Numbered from the stretch's first letter, positions 42,723 through 54,327 are shown. The stretch: 64,000 nucleotides of DNA from Nitrospirota bacterium (GCA_963845065.1 CAWJQQ010000008.1:384001-448000), one strand, 5' to 3'. The notes: generated by a model not told the origin, from the sequence alone. Numbers and translations: made by a program.

Positions 42723-43468
42723 AAAAAGGGATCTACATCCTCCCAAACCTCATAACACTTTCAAGCATGTTTGCCGGGTTCTATTCCATTATTGCCTCGC
42801 TGAACTCGGATTATGAGACGGCTGCCTGGTCTATTATGATCGCTTCCGTCTTTGACGCGCTGGATGGCTGGGTTGCGAGGTTGACGCACACATCAACACG
42901 TTTCGGCATCGAAATCGACTCGCTCGCGGACGTAATTTCCTTCGGAGTTGCCCCCGGCGTCCTCGTCTATACCTGGACCTTGTCATCATTTGGCCGTGTC
43001 GGGTGGCTTGGTTCATTTTTTCTGGTCGCCTGCGCAGCCTTGCGTCTCGCCCGGTTCAATGTGCAGATGGGCAGTGCGGAGAAAAAGCATTTTACCGGCC
43101 TTCCCTCGCCTGCCGCAGCGCTCGTGATCGCGACGACAGTGGTCGCCTACGATGCAATAATCGATATCCTCGAGCATCTGAAGCTCAGGTGGCTTGCCGA
43201 TGCTGTGGGGAAGGACTACTGGGTGCTTGCGATGACGTTCCTGGTAGCAGGCCTGATGGTAAGCAATATTACCTACCACAGCATCAAGGAGGCAAACCTG
43301 AAGGAACGCCGGCCTTTCGGCCTCTTGGTCGTAATTGTGGCGTTTCTGGCTGTCGTGGCATATCACCCCGCGCTCGTCCTGTTCCTGGCCACGATTGCCT
43401 ACGTAGCGACTGGCATTGCTGAAGCTCTTTACAAGCTGCTCCGGAGGGCAAAGCCGACAGCCGCTTAG
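42719..43468 (+). CDS. pssA: CDP-diacylglycerol--serine O-phosphatidyltransferase
   Basis: LPNLIT, DALDGWVAR..G...DSLAD CDP-alcohol motif, LRLARFN. Confidence 0.95.
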   Translation: MKKGIYILPNLITLSSMFAGFYSIIASLNSDYETAAWSIMIASVFDALDGWVARLTHTSTRFGIEIDSLADVISFGVAPGVLVYTWTLSSFGRVGWLGSFFLVACAALRLARFNVQMGSAEKKHFTGLPSPAAALVIATTVVAYDAIIDILEHLKLRWLADAVGKDYWVLAMTFLVAGLMVSNITYHSIKEANLKERRPFGLLVVIVAFLAVVAYHPALVLFLATIAYVATGIAEALYKLLRRAKPTAA

Positions 43469-43591
43469 ACTTTCAGTTTGAGCTTCGAGAATGACGGTCT
43501 ACATGCAAGAGGGGAGAGCGGTTGTCCGCCTCTTTTTTCTTTACGTAACCTGAACCCGGTGTGCTGACACGGATCTGACAGCGAGGAACCT

Positions 43592-45124
43592 ATGAATGCC
43601 ATCATAAAAATATTCGATACCACGCTCCGCGACGGGGAGCAGTCCCCGGGCGCGAGCATGAATGCGGCGGAAAAACTAGAGATTGCGAGACAGCTGGTGC
43701 GTCTGGGAGTCGATGTGATCGAGGCCGGATTTCCCATATCTAGCCCTGGCGATTTCGAGAGTGTTCGGAAGATCGGCGAAGAGGTGGGGAATGCTGTAAT
43801 CGTCTGCGGCCTCTCCCGGGCTATAGCGAAAGACATTGAGGTTGCCGCAGATGCGCTGAAAACGGCAAAACGCCCCCGCATCCATACCGGGATCGGTGTG
43901 TCCGAGAGCCACCTTCGGTACAAGCTGCGCATCAGCCGCGATGAAGCACTGGAACGAGCAACTGCCGCTGTCAAGCACGCGCGCACCTTTGTCGAGGACG
44001 TTGAATTTTACGCCGAGGACGCAGGCAGGGCCGAGCCTGCATTTCTCTACCGAATGGTGGAGACGGTGGTCAGGGCAGGAGCTACCGTGGTCAATATCCC
44101 CGATACGACGGGCTATACATATCCGGAGGAGTTCGGCTTGCTCATCAAGGGCATCAGGGAGCATGTGCCCGGTACCGAGAAGATAACCCTGTCCGTGCAC
44201 TGCCACAATGACCTCGGGATGGCTACCGCGAACGCATTGGCCGGCATAAAAAATGGTGCAGGCCAGGTTGAATGCACTATCAACGGCATCGGTGAACGCG
44301 CCGGCAACACCGCGATGGAAGAAGTCGTAATGGCTCTGCGCCAGCGTTCCGCATATTTCAGCGCCGATACGAACATCAATGCTAGAGAAATCATCCGCGC
44401 ATCGCGGCTGGTGTCCTCCATTACCGGCATTGTCATCCAGCCCAACAAAGCCATCGTCGGTGCAAATGCCTTTGCCCACTCGTCGGGGATCCACCAGGAT
44501 GGCGTTCTCAAGGAGCGCTCTACCTATGAAATTATCGACCCGGCGGAAGTAGGCGCGGGTGGCTCCTCGATCGTTCTGACGGCCCGCTCCGGCCGGCACG
44601 CGTTGCGTCATCGGATTGCCGAGCTCGGAAATGAGCTTCCTGACCTAGAGTTTGAGAAAGTCTATGAGGCCTTCCTGAGCCTGGCGGACAAAAAGAAGGA
44701 AGTTTATGATGAAGACATCGAGGCCCTCATTTCCGATAAGGTAAAGCATATTGCCGAGGTGTACGTGCTGAAAAGCCTCCATGCCGAAAGCGGAACGGGT
44801 GTGACGCCGACGGCAACCGTGGAGATGGAAGTAAACGGCAAAACGGTGAAACAGACCGGTCAAGGTGACGGCCCCGTGGATGCCGTGTACCGTACTATTG
44901 TGGCTATGACAGGCACTAAAAGCAAGCTTGATGCCTATCTGGTCAAAGGTATTACTGGCGGCACGGACGCACTGGGCGAGGTGACTGTCAAGGTGGAAGA
45001 GGGTGGTAAGAAAGTCGCAGGCCACGGCGCGGACACTGACATCATCGTGGCCAGCGCAAGAGCGTACGTCAATGCATTGAACAAGCTGGAGTTCTGGAAG
45101 AAGGGCAAGCCAAAAAACAGTTGA
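43592..45124 (+). CDS. leuA: 2-isopropylmalate synthase
   Basis: [29 protein letters not shown] regulatory domain. Confidence 0.96.
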   Translation: MNAIIKIFDTTLRDGEQSPGASMNAAEKLEIARQLVRLGVDVIEAGFPISSPGDFESVRKIGEEVGNAVIVCGLSRAIAKDIEVAADALKTAKRPRIHTGIGVSESHLRYKLRISRDEALERATAAVKHARTFVEDVEFYAEDAGRAEPAFLYRMVETVVRAGATVVNIPDTTGYTYPEEFGLLIKGIREHVPGTEKITLSVHCHNDLGMATANALAGIKNGAGQVECTINGIGERAGNTAMEEVVMALRQRSAYFSADTNINAREIIRASRLVSSITGIVIQPNKAIVGANAFAHSSGIHQDGVLKERSTYEIIDPAEVGAGGSSIVLTARSGRHALRHRIAELGNELPDLEFEKVYEAFLSLADKKKEVYDEDIEALISDKVKHIAEVYVLKSLHAESGTGVTPTATVEMEVNGKTVKQTGQGDGPVDAVYRTIVAMTGTKSKLDAYLVKGITGGTDALGEVTVKVEEGGKKVAGHGADTDIIVASARAYVNALNKLEFWKKGKPKNS

Positions 45125-45158
45125 ATCCGCTGAAGGGATATTGTATATTTTCTATACT

Positions 45159-46418
45159 ATGATGACCATTACTGAAAAGATACTTGCCGCACATTGCGGC
45201 AAAAAAGAAGTAGTTCCGGGCGAACTGATCAATGCCAGGCTCGATCTGGTGCTCGCGAATGATATTACCGCGCCGATCTCGATCAAGGAGTATCGCGCTG
45301 TCGGCGCAAAGAAGGTGTTCGATCCAGAACGGATTGCGCTCATTCCCGACCACTTCGCTCCGAATAAGGACATTGCCTCTGCGGAACAGTGCGCCATGCT
45401 CAGGCAGTTCTCCCGCGAGCACGATCTGTCGCTCTACTTCGAGGTCGGCAGGATGGGTGTGGAGCATGCGCTCCTTCCTGAGCAGGGGATCGTGGTCCCC
45501 GGCGACGTTGTAATCGGTGCGGACAGCCACACGTGCACGTACGGCGGTCTTGGCGCGTTCTCGACAGGCGTCGGCAGCACCGACGTTGCCTCAGCAATGA
45601 TAACGGGCGAGGCCTGGTTCAAGGTGCCCGAGAGCATGAGGTTCATTTACACAGGCAAGATCGGCAAGTGGATCGGGGGCAAAGACATAATCCTCAAGAC
45701 CATCGGCGATATCGGCGTTGACGGTGCGCGCTACCGTGCCATGGAGTTTACCGGTGAAGTGATCCGGAAGCTTACTATGGCCGGACGACTGACCATCTGC
45801 AACATGGCCATCGAGGCAGGGGGCAAGAACGGCATAATCGAACCCGATGAAATCACCGAAAAATACGTGTCGAAGCGCGCCCGGCGCAAGTACAAGTTTT
45901 TCAAGAGCGATAAAAAAGCGAACTATGCAGATGTGCGCGAGTATGATCTGACCGGCATGGAGCCGCAAATTGCCTGCCCGCACCTGCCAGAAAACGTTAA
46001 ACCAGTGAGTGAACTCGCGGCCATCAATATCGATCAGTCCGTGGTGGGCTCCTGCACGAACGGACGGATCGAAGACATGCGCGAGGCGGCCAAGGTGATC
46101 AATGGCCACAAGGTCCATCCGTACGTACGCATGATCGTAATCCCTGCCACCCAGGCGATCTATAAACAGTGCATCAAGGAAGGCCTCGTTGATGTATTCA
46201 TCGACGCAGGAGCGGCGTTCAGCACGCCTACCTGCGGACCGTGTCTCGGCGGGCACATGGGCGTTCTGGCCGCAGGGGAACGCGCCATAGCTACAACCAA
46301 CAGGAATTTCGTTGGCAGGATGGGCCATCCCAAGAGTGAAGTGTATCTCTCAAGCCCTGCAATAGCTGCGGCGTCTGCAGTCCTCGGCAGGATCGGGAGA
46401 CCCGAAGAGCTTAAGTAA
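45159..46418 (+). CDS. leuC: 3-isopropylmalate dehydratase large subunit
   Basis: GADSHT, GSCTNGR, CGPCLG, TNRNF. Confidence 0.96.
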   Translation: MMTITEKILAAHCGKKEVVPGELINARLDLVLANDITAPISIKEYRAVGAKKVFDPERIALIPDHFAPNKDIASAEQCAMLRQFSREHDLSLYFEVGRMGVEHALLPEQGIVVPGDVVIGADSHTCTYGGLGAFSTGVGSTDVASAMITGEAWFKVPESMRFIYTGKIGKWIGGKDIILKTIGDIGVDGARYRAMEFTGEVIRKLTMAGRLTICNMAIEAGGKNGIIEPDEITEKYVSKRARRKYKFFKSDKKANYADVREYDLTGMEPQIACPHLPENVKPVSELAAINIDQSVVGSCTNGRIEDMREAAKVINGHKVHPYVRMIVIPATQAIYKQCIKEGLVDVFIDAGAAFSTPTCGPCLGGHMGVLAAGERAIATTNRNFVGRMGHPKSEVYLSSPAIAAASAVLGRIGRPEELK

Positions 46419-46602
46419 ATTTTTTCTGCTGAGCCTGGAACACGTTGAAAAGCAAGACGTAAGTAATGTACATCGAGGGACGCAGGGGAAAGCAAGAAAT
46501 TCGCCACGAATATTCGCGAATGAGGGCGAATGGAAACTTGACTAAAATGTATCAAACGTTGTTACTATCCGCGTATCTCCGTGGTTAGGAAAGAGGGTCT
46601 CA

Positions 46603-47100
46603 ATGAAATTGAAGGGAAATGCATGGAAATTCGGCGCTGATGTCGACACGGATGCAATAGTTCCGGCACGGTACCTGAACACGTCTGACCCGAAGGAACT
46701 GGCGAAACACTGCATGGAAGACTCAACAACGCCGGACTTCATGAAAAAAATGAAGCCAGGCGACATCATTGTCGCTGAGAAAAATTTCGGGTGCGGGTCG
46801 TCGCGCGAGCATGCGCCGATCGCGATCAAGGCTGCCGGCGTGTCCTGCGTCGTTGCTAAAAGCTTTGCCCGCATTTTCTACCGGAACTGCTTCAATATGG
46901 GGCTTCCGATCTTCGAGAGCGCTGAGGCGGTCGATGGAATCAATGAAGGCGACCTGGTTGAAGTGGACGCTGATAACGGAGTGATACGCAACATCACCAC
47001 GAATAAACAGTTCAAGGCAATTCCGGTGCCGCCTTTTATGCAGGAGCTTATCGCTGCAGGCGGGCTCATGGCATACACGAAAAAGAAGGCAGGCCTGTAA
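46603..47100 (+). CDS. leuD: 3-isopropylmalate dehydratase small subunit
   Basis: [28 protein letters not shown]. Confidence 0.96.
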   Translation: MKLKGNAWKFGADVDTDAIVPARYLNTSDPKELAKHCMEDSTTPDFMKKMKPGDIIVAEKNFGCGSSREHAPIAIKAAGVSCVVAKSFARIFYRNCFNMGLPIFESAEAVDGINEGDLVEVDADNGVIRNITTNKQFKAIPVPPFMQELIAAGGLMAYTKKKAGL

Positions 47101-47441
47101 TTGACAGCGTCTTTCAACCCGATAAAGACGCTCCGGTCCGAACGGCAATCGCATTCTCTCTGTGATCCGTGCGTGTATTTTAGCAAAAACCTTGATCCAT
47201 CCTATTCCTCATCCAACATGCCCTCGGAGCACTCTTGCGGATTAGATTTTATCCCCGGCGACGACAAATGTAATGAGATGTGGACGAACAATTGCAGCAC
47301 GAGAAAAGCTTAAACATTCGGGAAAAAAGACAAAATGATTTAACAAGGGAGAACGCCTCCACCTCATCTCCATTTCACTTTTTTATGCTGCCTTTCCCCT
47401 GAATCTTAAATTTGAATATCCTTTGAGAGGGACTATCACCC

Positions 47442-48518
47442 ATGACAAAGACCTACAAGATCGCAATAATCCCCGGTGACGGAACCGGACCCGAGGTCGT
47501 AAAAGAGGCTGTTAAAGTTATTGATGCTGCAGCCGCGAAGGGCGGGTACAAGCTTGAGTATACAGAGTTCGACTTCGGCGCTGCCCGTTATTTAAAGACC
47601 GGCGAGACGCTCCCCGACAGCGCTATTGGCGAGTTCAGGAAGTTTGACTCCATGTTCCTCGGCGCGATTGGGCATCCCGATGTAAAACCCGGCATCCTCG
47701 AAACAGGCATCCTCCTTAAGATTCGTTTTGCTCTGGACCAGTATATCAATCTCAGGCCGGTGAAACTCTATCCCAATGTGGATACACCGCTTAAGGACAA
47801 GGGGCCAGAGCATATCGATTTCGTGGTCATTCGCGAGAACACGGGTGGCATCTACACCGGCCACGGCGGTGCGACGCGTGTCGGCACGACTGAGGAAATC
47901 GCTACGCAGCTCATGATATACGACCGCCGTACCGTGGACAGGTGTCTCAAGTACGCCTTTGAGCTTAAGAAGAAGCGCAACGCGCAAAATCCCAAGTATG
48001 CTGCAAAACCAATCACGCTCATCCACAAGCGGAATGTGCTTACCTATTGCGGCGACCTCTGGTACCGCGCGTTTGAAGAGATGGGCGCAAGGCAGTATCC
48101 GGAAATCAAGCGCGACTATAACCATATTGACGCCGCGAACATGTGGATCGTAAAAAACCCCGAATGGTTCGACGTAGCAGTCGCGGAAAACCTGTTCGGC
48201 GACATCATTACCGATCTGGCCGCTATGATTCAGGGCGGCCTGGGCGTGGCCTCTGGCGGGAACATCAATCCTGAAGGAGTTTCGATGTTCGAGCCCATGG
48301 GAGGCAGCGCGCCGAAATATGCCGGGCAGAATGTAATTAATCCCGTGGCTGCTATCGGCGCTGCTATGATGATGCTCGACTCGCTCGGAGAAACAAAATC
48401 TGCCCAGACTATCGAGAATGCCATGATGACGACGATGAAGAGAATGAAGAGCCAGGCAGCAGGGAAGATGGGCATGGCCACAACCGAGGTGGGCGACATG
48501 ATAGCGGGGCTGGTTTAA
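47442..48518 (+). CDS. leuB: 3-isopropylmalate dehydrogenase
   Basis: [26 protein letters not shown]; leu context. Confidence 0.9.
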   Translation: MTKTYKIAIIPGDGTGPEVVKEAVKVIDAAAAKGGYKLEYTEFDFGAARYLKTGETLPDSAIGEFRKFDSMFLGAIGHPDVKPGILETGILLKIRFALDQYINLRPVKLYPNVDTPLKDKGPEHIDFVVIRENTGGIYTGHGGATRVGTTEEIATQLMIYDRRTVDRCLKYAFELKKKRNAQNPKYAAKPITLIHKRNVLTYCGDLWYRAFEEMGARQYPEIKRDYNHIDAANMWIVKNPEWFDVAVAENLFGDIITDLAAMIQGGLGVASGGNINPEGVSMFEPMGGSAPKYAGQNVINPVAAIGAAMMMLDSLGETKSAQTIENAMMTTMKRMKSQAAGKMGMATTEVGDMIAGLV

Positions 48519-48575
48519 ATCTGAACAGAGTTTTATAGTTAATACATAAAATTAAAAAGGCAGCGGAGAATTCAA

Positions 48576-49688
48576 ATGATAAGGGTAGGTTTTGTCGGTT
48601 GGCGCGGTATGGTGGGATCAGTACTCATGGGCCGCATGAAAGAGGAAAAAGACTTCGACCTTGTAGATCCAGTGTTCTTCACCACCTCGAACGTGGGCGG
48701 GAAGGGACCGAACATCGGAAAGGAATTCCCTGCGCTCAAGGATGCCAAGGACATCCATGAAATTAAGAAACTGGACGCGATCGTCTCCTGCCAGGGAGGA
48801 GAATATACGACAGAAGTGTACCCCAGGCTTCGTGCGGAAGGCTGGAAGGGATATTGGATTGACGCCGCATCGACGCTCCGGATGACCAGCGACTCGGTCA
48901 TCATCCTAGACCCCGTGAACATGAAGGTGATTAAGGACGGGCTAGCCAAGGGGATTAAAAATTATATCGGCGGTAACTGCACCGTTTCTCTCATGCTTAT
49001 GGCATTGGGCGGGTTGTACGAACGAGACCTCATCGAATGGATGAGCGCAATGACCTACCAGGCTGCCTCAGGGGCGGGTGCGAACAACATGCGCGAGCTC
49101 TTGACGCAAATGGGCTCTGCATATAACGCGGTAAAAAATCTCCTTGACGACCCCGCTTCAGCGATCCTGGAAATTGACAGCAAGGTCGCGGCGCGCGTCC
49201 GTTCTCATGCCTATCCTACGGAATTCTTCGGGGCACCGCTTGCTTGTTCGCTCATCCCCTGGATCGACAAACAGCTCGACAATGGCCAGAGTCGCGAGGA
49301 GTGGAAGGGGCAGGCTGAGACGAACAAGATTCTGGGCAGAGAAAACAATCCGGTCCCCGTTGACGGCACCTGTGTCAGGATCGGCGCGATGCGGTGCCAC
49401 AGCCAGGCGCTTACGATTAAATTGAAGAAGGATGTTCCGATCAATGAAATAACGGACATGCTTGCAGAGCACAACCCGTGGGTAAAGGTTGTGCCGAACC
49501 AGCGTGAAACTTCGATGAAGGAACTGACACCTGCGGCGACCACCGGCACTCTCGCTGTCCCCGTGGGGCGCCTGCGCAAGATGAATATGGGCCCCACCTT
49601 CCTGAATGCTTTTACGTGCGGTGACCAGCTTCTCTGGGGTGCGGCAGAGCCGCTTCGCAGGATGCTTCGGATCGTGGTGGACAAATAA
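48576..49688 (+). CDS. asd: Aspartate-semialdehyde dehydrogenase, E. coli-type
   Basis: [36 protein letters not shown]. Confidence 0.96.
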   Translation: MIRVGFVGWRGMVGSVLMGRMKEEKDFDLVDPVFFTTSNVGGKGPNIGKEFPALKDAKDIHEIKKLDAIVSCQGGEYTTEVYPRLRAEGWKGYWIDAASTLRMTSDSVIILDPVNMKVIKDGLAKGIKNYIGGNCTVSLMLMALGGLYERDLIEWMSAMTYQAASGAGANNMRELLTQMGSAYNAVKNLLDDPASAILEIDSKVAARVRSHAYPTEFFGAPLACSLIPWIDKQLDNGQSREEWKGQAETNKILGRENNPVPVDGTCVRIGAMRCHSQALTIKLKKDVPINEITDMLAEHNPWVKVVPNQRETSMKELTPAATTGTLAVPVGRLRKMNMGPTFLNAFTCGDQLLWGAAEPLRRMLRIVVDK

Positions 49689-49820
49689 GGACGTCATAAG
49701 ATGCACGTCGCGACCTGGGAGAGCCAAGAGAAGTGTAAATTCAGCGTTGTATATCCCGGATTTCAATTTCGGCGTTTTCAGCGTCCATTGTAGAAAAGGT
49801 TTTCTGCGGTCTTTCGGCAA

Positions 49821-50834
49821 ATGTTCAAAAAAAAAGACAAATATGCAGTTGCTGTCATCGGCGCAACCGGCGCAGTGGGCAGGGAAATGTTAGAAATTCT
49901 TGAGGAGCGGGCATTTCCCGTGAGCGGGATCGTCCCGCTCGCATCAGAGCGCTCCGAGGGCGAACGGGTAGAATTCAAAGGCAAGAACGTCATCGTCCGC
50001 CGCCTGGCTACGGATTCGTTCCAGGACGTTGATATTGCTTTTTTTTCCGCGGGTGCGGAACGCAGCCTGGAATTTGTTCCGTATGCGGTCAAGTCAGGCG
50101 CCGTGGTAATAGACAATTCAAGCGCATTTCGCATGAACCCTAACGTCCCGCTCGTCGTGCCTGAAGTAAACGCCCATGCCCTGGGCAATCACGGCGGCAT
50201 TGTCGCAAACCCGAACTGCGCTGCGATTGCATTGGTCATGGCCCTCAAACCCATCCACGATAAAGTAAAGATCAAACGCATCGTTGTCACGACATTCCAG
50301 TCCGTTTCCGGCACAGGAAAGGAAGGAATGGACGAACTTGCGAAGCAGACCGTGGCGCTCCTCAACTTCAAGGACGTAGAAACAAAGGTCTATCCGCACC
50401 AGATCGCGTTCAACTGCATCCCGCATATCGATGCCTTCCTTGAAAACGGCTCTACGAAGGAAGAGATGAAAATGGCGAACGAGACGAGGAAGATCATGGA
50501 AGATGATGCCATCCGCGTTACGGCGACGACGGTCCGCGTGCCGGTATTCAGATGCCACTCCGAATCGGTCAACATCGAGACCGAGGAAAAGATATCGGCG
50601 AATGAAGTGCGGGCGATCCTCTCGGAAGCACCGGGTGTCATTGTCTATGACGACCCGAATAAGAATATTTATCCTCTGGCCATTGATCTGGTAGGTAAAG
50701 ATGAGATCTATGTCGGCAGAGTGAGGGAAGATGAATCCATTCCGAACGGAATAAACCTTTGGCTGGTGTCCGACAATCTGCGAAAGGGCGCGGCGTTGAA
50801 CGCAGTGCAGATAGCGGAACTTTTAATAAAGTAA
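49821..50834 (+). CDS. asd: Aspartate-semialdehyde dehydrogenase, second (short) type
   Basis: GATGAVG, IDNSSAFRM, ANPNC, QSVSG, DNLRKGAALNAVQI. Confidence 0.92.
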   Translation: MFKKKDKYAVAVIGATGAVGREMLEILEERAFPVSGIVPLASERSEGERVEFKGKNVIVRRLATDSFQDVDIAFFSAGAERSLEFVPYAVKSGAVVIDNSSAFRMNPNVPLVVPEVNAHALGNHGGIVANPNCAAIALVMALKPIHDKVKIKRIVVTTFQSVSGTGKEGMDELAKQTVALLNFKDVETKVYPHQIAFNCIPHIDAFLENGSTKEEMKMANETRKIMEDDAIRVTATTVRVPVFRCHSESVNIETEEKISANEVRAILSEAPGVIVYDDPNKNIYPLAIDLVGKDEIYVGRVREDESIPNGINLWLVSDNLRKGAALNAVQIAELLIK

Positions 50835-50929
50835 GCGATTAGCGGCAGGCAGAATGCGGAAGAGTGAGCATAAACAGACCGGGGCTTGCTGGATGATGTT
50901 TTTCATGTGCAATCAAGCGGTTTTTCTCT

Positions 50930-51772
50930 ATGTACAATCTGATCTCTAAAATATTTGAAAAACTAGAACGGGGTTTAAGCCCCAAGGAAAAGGCGGTCAT
51001 TGTTTCCCTTATGCTCGTCATCGCAGTCCTGGGGATCGTTCTTGGCATCCGCTATTATAACTATATCCAGAAGGATCCTGAGTTCTGCAGCAGCTGTCAT
51101 CTCATGAAGGAAGCCTACACGGTGTGGAAGCTATCGGGACACAATAGCATCGTGTGCCAGACCTGCCATAAACTCGGGCTCATCGAACAGAACATGTTGC
51201 TCGTCAAGTTTGTTTTTATGACAGACCGAAGATCGTCGGAGCCGCACGGTAACGAGACGCCTTGGACGACGTGCGTGCAATGTCACTGGGATGAGGCAAA
51301 GCAGGGATCGGTGTCGGTGAGTAAGTCGATTGGCCATGACCGGCACGTGTTCACGGAGAAACTGACCTGTAAGGATTGCCACAGCAAGAGGGGACATTCC
51401 TTCCGGCCGCAAAAGGATGCGTGCCTCCGCTGCCATAAGGACTGGAAAATTCACGGCGTGGGCATGGAGGAGATTTCCTGCCTCCGCTGCCACCCATTCT
51501 CGCCCAGGAAGCAGGTAGCGTTCATCCCTGACCGCGAGCGATGTCTTTCATGCCACCGGAAATCCAAGAAAGATCTCTTTCCGGACAAGGTTCCTATGGC
51601 GCGACTGAACTGCTACGAGTGCCATAAACCGCACGCGCACATAAAGCCTACCGATGAGGATTGCCTGCGGTGCCATACCCGCGAGGTATTGGATAGGAAA
51701 TCCGTTCACCGATCAACAAAAGCTGCCTGCAAGTCGTGTCACGTCCCGCATCGGTGGTCGGCGCGGCGATAA
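50930..51772 (+). CDS. Membrane-anchored decaheme cytochrome c with NapC/NirT-like N-terminus
   Basis: One N-terminal TM helix; ten CxxCH motifs (CSSCH, CQTCH, CVQCH, CKDCH, CLRCH, CLRCH, CLSCH, CYECH, CLRCH, CKSCH). Confidence 0.92.
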   Translation: MYNLISKIFEKLERGLSPKEKAVIVSLMLVIAVLGIVLGIRYYNYIQKDPEFCSSCHLMKEAYTVWKLSGHNSIVCQTCHKLGLIEQNMLLVKFVFMTDRRSSEPHGNETPWTTCVQCHWDEAKQGSVSVSKSIGHDRHVFTEKLTCKDCHSKRGHSFRPQKDACLRCHKDWKIHGVGMEEISCLRCHPFSPRKQVAFIPDRERCLSCHRKSKKDLFPDKVPMARLNCYECHKPHAHIKPTDEDCLRCHTREVLDRKSVHRSTKAACKSCHVPHRWSARR

Positions 51773-51794
51773 GTATCCCCTCGGTTCGCGCCGG

Positions 51795-52043
51795 TCAGCG
51801 TTTTCTCGACTTTTTCCTGAGGTTGTTCAAGAAAAGTTCGTTCGGCTCGACTTTGTAGATACTGCACAGCGTGAGGAGCTTCATCAGGCTCGGATTGGTT
51901 TCCTTCCCTGATTCGAGGCGAGAAATATAACCTTGGGTGATTTTGCCGCGGTGGTCGGAAGCAATCCCAGAAAGGCGCGCTACTTCGCTCATCGACATCT
52001 TATGCTGGATGCGTAATTTTTTTAATTTATCTGCTAGGGTCAT
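51795..52043 (-). CDS. XRE-family HTH transcriptional regulator
   Basis: LKKLR...MSMSEVA..ITQGYISRLESG..NPS. Confidence 0.88.
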   Translation of the reverse strand: MTLADKLKKLRIQHKMSMSEVARLSGIASDHRGKITQGYISRLESGKETNPSLMKLLTLCSIYKVEPNELFLNNLRKKSRKR

Positions 52044-52191
52044 GAGGAGATATACCTTTTTTTTACGTTAGTGTCAATAAAAAGTTGCGGTAAATATTAA
52101 TATTATAATGTTCCATGAGTGCAATAATTTGTGCTATATTTAAAAATAAATTTAATCATTTACATCCAAAGTCTGACTGTGGAGGAAGGAC

Positions 52192-52458
52192 ATGTACAAG
52201 CTTGAGATTCTAGAAAAAAAGCGTCTGGAGAAGGGGCTGAGCTACACCGAAATTGCGGATAACTTGGGGATACATAAAGTAACCGTATCGAGGACACTGA
52301 GGGGCATGTCGATGAAACCGCGGACCGTCAAGCGTCTCGCCGATTATCTGGGAGTGGAAATGGAGAAAATCTTGCAGCTTATTCTCGTAACATCATTGTT
52401 AGGCATCGCATGGTCTGAATCTTTTGTTATGGAACTAGAAAAAGTTACGATAACATAA
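52192..52458 (+). CDS. Cro/XRE-family HTH protein
   Basis: GGAGG SD; RLEKGLSYTEIADNLGIHKVTVSRTL..TVKRLADYLGV. Confidence 0.85.
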   Translation: MYKLEILEKKRLEKGLSYTEIADNLGIHKVTVSRTLRGMSMKPRTVKRLADYLGVEMEKILQLILVTSLLGIAWSESFVMELEKVTIT

Positions 52459-52619
52459 TCAATTTAACATTCATATTCGGTATTGCATGACTGTGAGTGA
52501 CCAATATTGAGCCAAGGGTAGGGCATTAATCAATCCTTTCTGCAATAAGTTCTCTATTTTTGTGACTGATTGCTTTTCTCACGATTAACTATGGACCCAC
52601 ATAGGGGAAAACGCCGTAG

Positions 52620-53024
52620 CTAAATGACTTTATCTATTAAATGTTTTTTCCCTTCGACATAGTATTCAAGATTCTTGAGCTCGTTACGGGAAAAAAACCC
52701 AAATTTAATCAGCATCCCTTTAGGATAATCTGCATTCTTCTGAGTTATTACCTGGACCCTACCCTTAATTTCTGACAACAATTTATATTCGGGGGGGATA
52801 TAAAAGTGCATGATCAAAGAAGTACCTTCAGGGAGAGGAGATTCTGTTCTCACGAATACACATGATTTGGTAATGTTCAATATGAAATCGTGATACTCTT
52901 CGTAGATGTTGTCTCCGTACTTCACGGCAAGATAAACGGGAAACGGGATAAGTTTTGGATCGTCATCGATAGCTGTCATCTCTTGCATGTTCCCGCCCGT
53001 ATCCAAAAAAAACTTTTTATCCAT
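52620..53024 (-). CDS. PilZ-like domain protein with degenerate motifs
   Basis: ILNITKSCVFVRTESPLPEGT..GRV..GMLIKF pattern; no RxxxR. Confidence 0.7.
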   Translation of the reverse strand: MDKKFFLDTGGNMQEMTAIDDDPKLIPFPVYLAVKYGDNIYEEYHDFILNITKSCVFVRTESPLPEGTSLIMHFYIPPEYKLLSEIKGRVQVITQKNADYPKGMLIKFGFFSRNELKNLEYYVEGKKHLIDKVI

Positions 53025-53544
53025 GTCCCCACCCCGGCGTATTCGGAAGAAAATCCATTTCTATCTGAGGAACATCAAATTTAATGCTAACCTATGCATT
53101 GCAAGAAACCCCCTGGGGGACGAAATTCTTGCAGAGCGCTGACTATCAAAAACGCCTTCCCTCGCTGATGCGAGAATGCAGCCAGCAAGGTCTGCGACCG
53201 TACGTTTCTCGTCAATCAGAAAACTAATTTGTCATGTTGAGATCATTTCTTGGTATCGGTACCTCTCAGGGCAATGGGTTATGCTAATTATCGCTATATA
53301 AATTTTAGCACTTTATAGTATTGCTGCGGTACGACAACAAAAAAATGCTCAGATACTCCCTAGTTTTGCGGAAACCATACTAAAGTATTACGCGAGAGCA
53401 TTTGGTAAAACCAAGCGGGATAAGTTTTCGGAGTATTTGAGGGTCAATGCAATAAAATAAGACAGTTTGTAACTTTGAACGGTTGGTACGTGCATGGTGT
53501 ACGACTGGTTAGTCAAAATTTATCAATCGCCCCTGATTCCAAAA

Positions 53545-54327
53545 CTAGCCATTTTCAGATTTGTGTGCTGTAAAAAAGAGTCTTTTAAACGGGTATATGA
53601 TTCTCCCGTCGTGTTGAAGAGGATAATATTTTTTACTTTCATTTAACACCTCTTCCTCGAATTCCACTCTATTTTTGTCAGTTTGCAATCTTTCGAGAAC
53701 CGGCTTCATGGCAGTGCTCCTATACCAGTCAATGAGCTCCTGATGAGATTTCAATATATGATAATAAGTCGTTTGCCATATGGCAATTTTCTGTGTTAAA
53801 GAAATGAGAGTGTTGTAATAATACTCAGCGTTATGATAGGTTATTACCTGCTGAGATCCCACGGTGAGGGCGCTCCATTTCCTATTTTGAGATGTTCTCG
53901 CTATTATCTTGTATAACGGAGAATCATGATTCGCAGGTATTTGAATCGCCAGTATCCCGCTTTTTTTTACTAGCTGAAACAACCGAGGTATCAAAACATC
54001 ATGGTTTGGAATCCAATGTATCGCCGCGTTGGAAAAAACTATATCATATGTCTGATTAATTTCCAACGTTAAGGCGTCCCCGACTATCCATTGTTGGTTT
54101 GGATAATCTTTTCGAGCTCTTTCTATCATCTTTTCTGAATTATCAAGTCCGATAATAACAGCATTCGGCCACCGGGTATGCAGAATTTGAGTACTGTTTC
54201 CCGGGCCGCATCCTATATCGATGATAGTTTTAGGATCGTCACTGTGAATACGTGCAACAAGGTCTATAGAAGGCTGTGTCCTTTCCTGTTTAAATTGCAG
54301 GTATTGTTGAGGATCCCAATCTTGCAC
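53545..54327 (-). CDS. tam: Trans-aconitate 2-methyltransferase-like SAM methyltransferase
   Basis: WDPQQYLQF..ERTQPSIDL, DIGCGPGNST, SNAAIHW, PFKRLF. Confidence 0.88.
   Translation of the reverse strand: MQDWDPQQYLQFKQERTQPSIDLVARIHSDDPKTIIDIGCGPGNSTQILHTRWPNAVIIGLDNSEKMIERARKDYPNQQWIVGDALTLEINQTYDIVFSNAAIHWIPNHDVLIPRLFQLVKKSGILAIQIPANHDSPLYKIIARTSQNRKWSALTVGSQQVITYHNAEYYYNTLISLTQKIAIWQTTYYHILKSHQELIDWYRSTAMKPVLERLQTDKNRVEFEEEVLNESKKYYPLQHDGRIIYPFKRLFFTAHKSENG

Noticed and set aside
53368..53420. Resemblance to a c-di-GMP-I riboswitch
   Set aside because: Core pairing and conserved motifs do not fit, and the orientation is opposite to the adjacent genes
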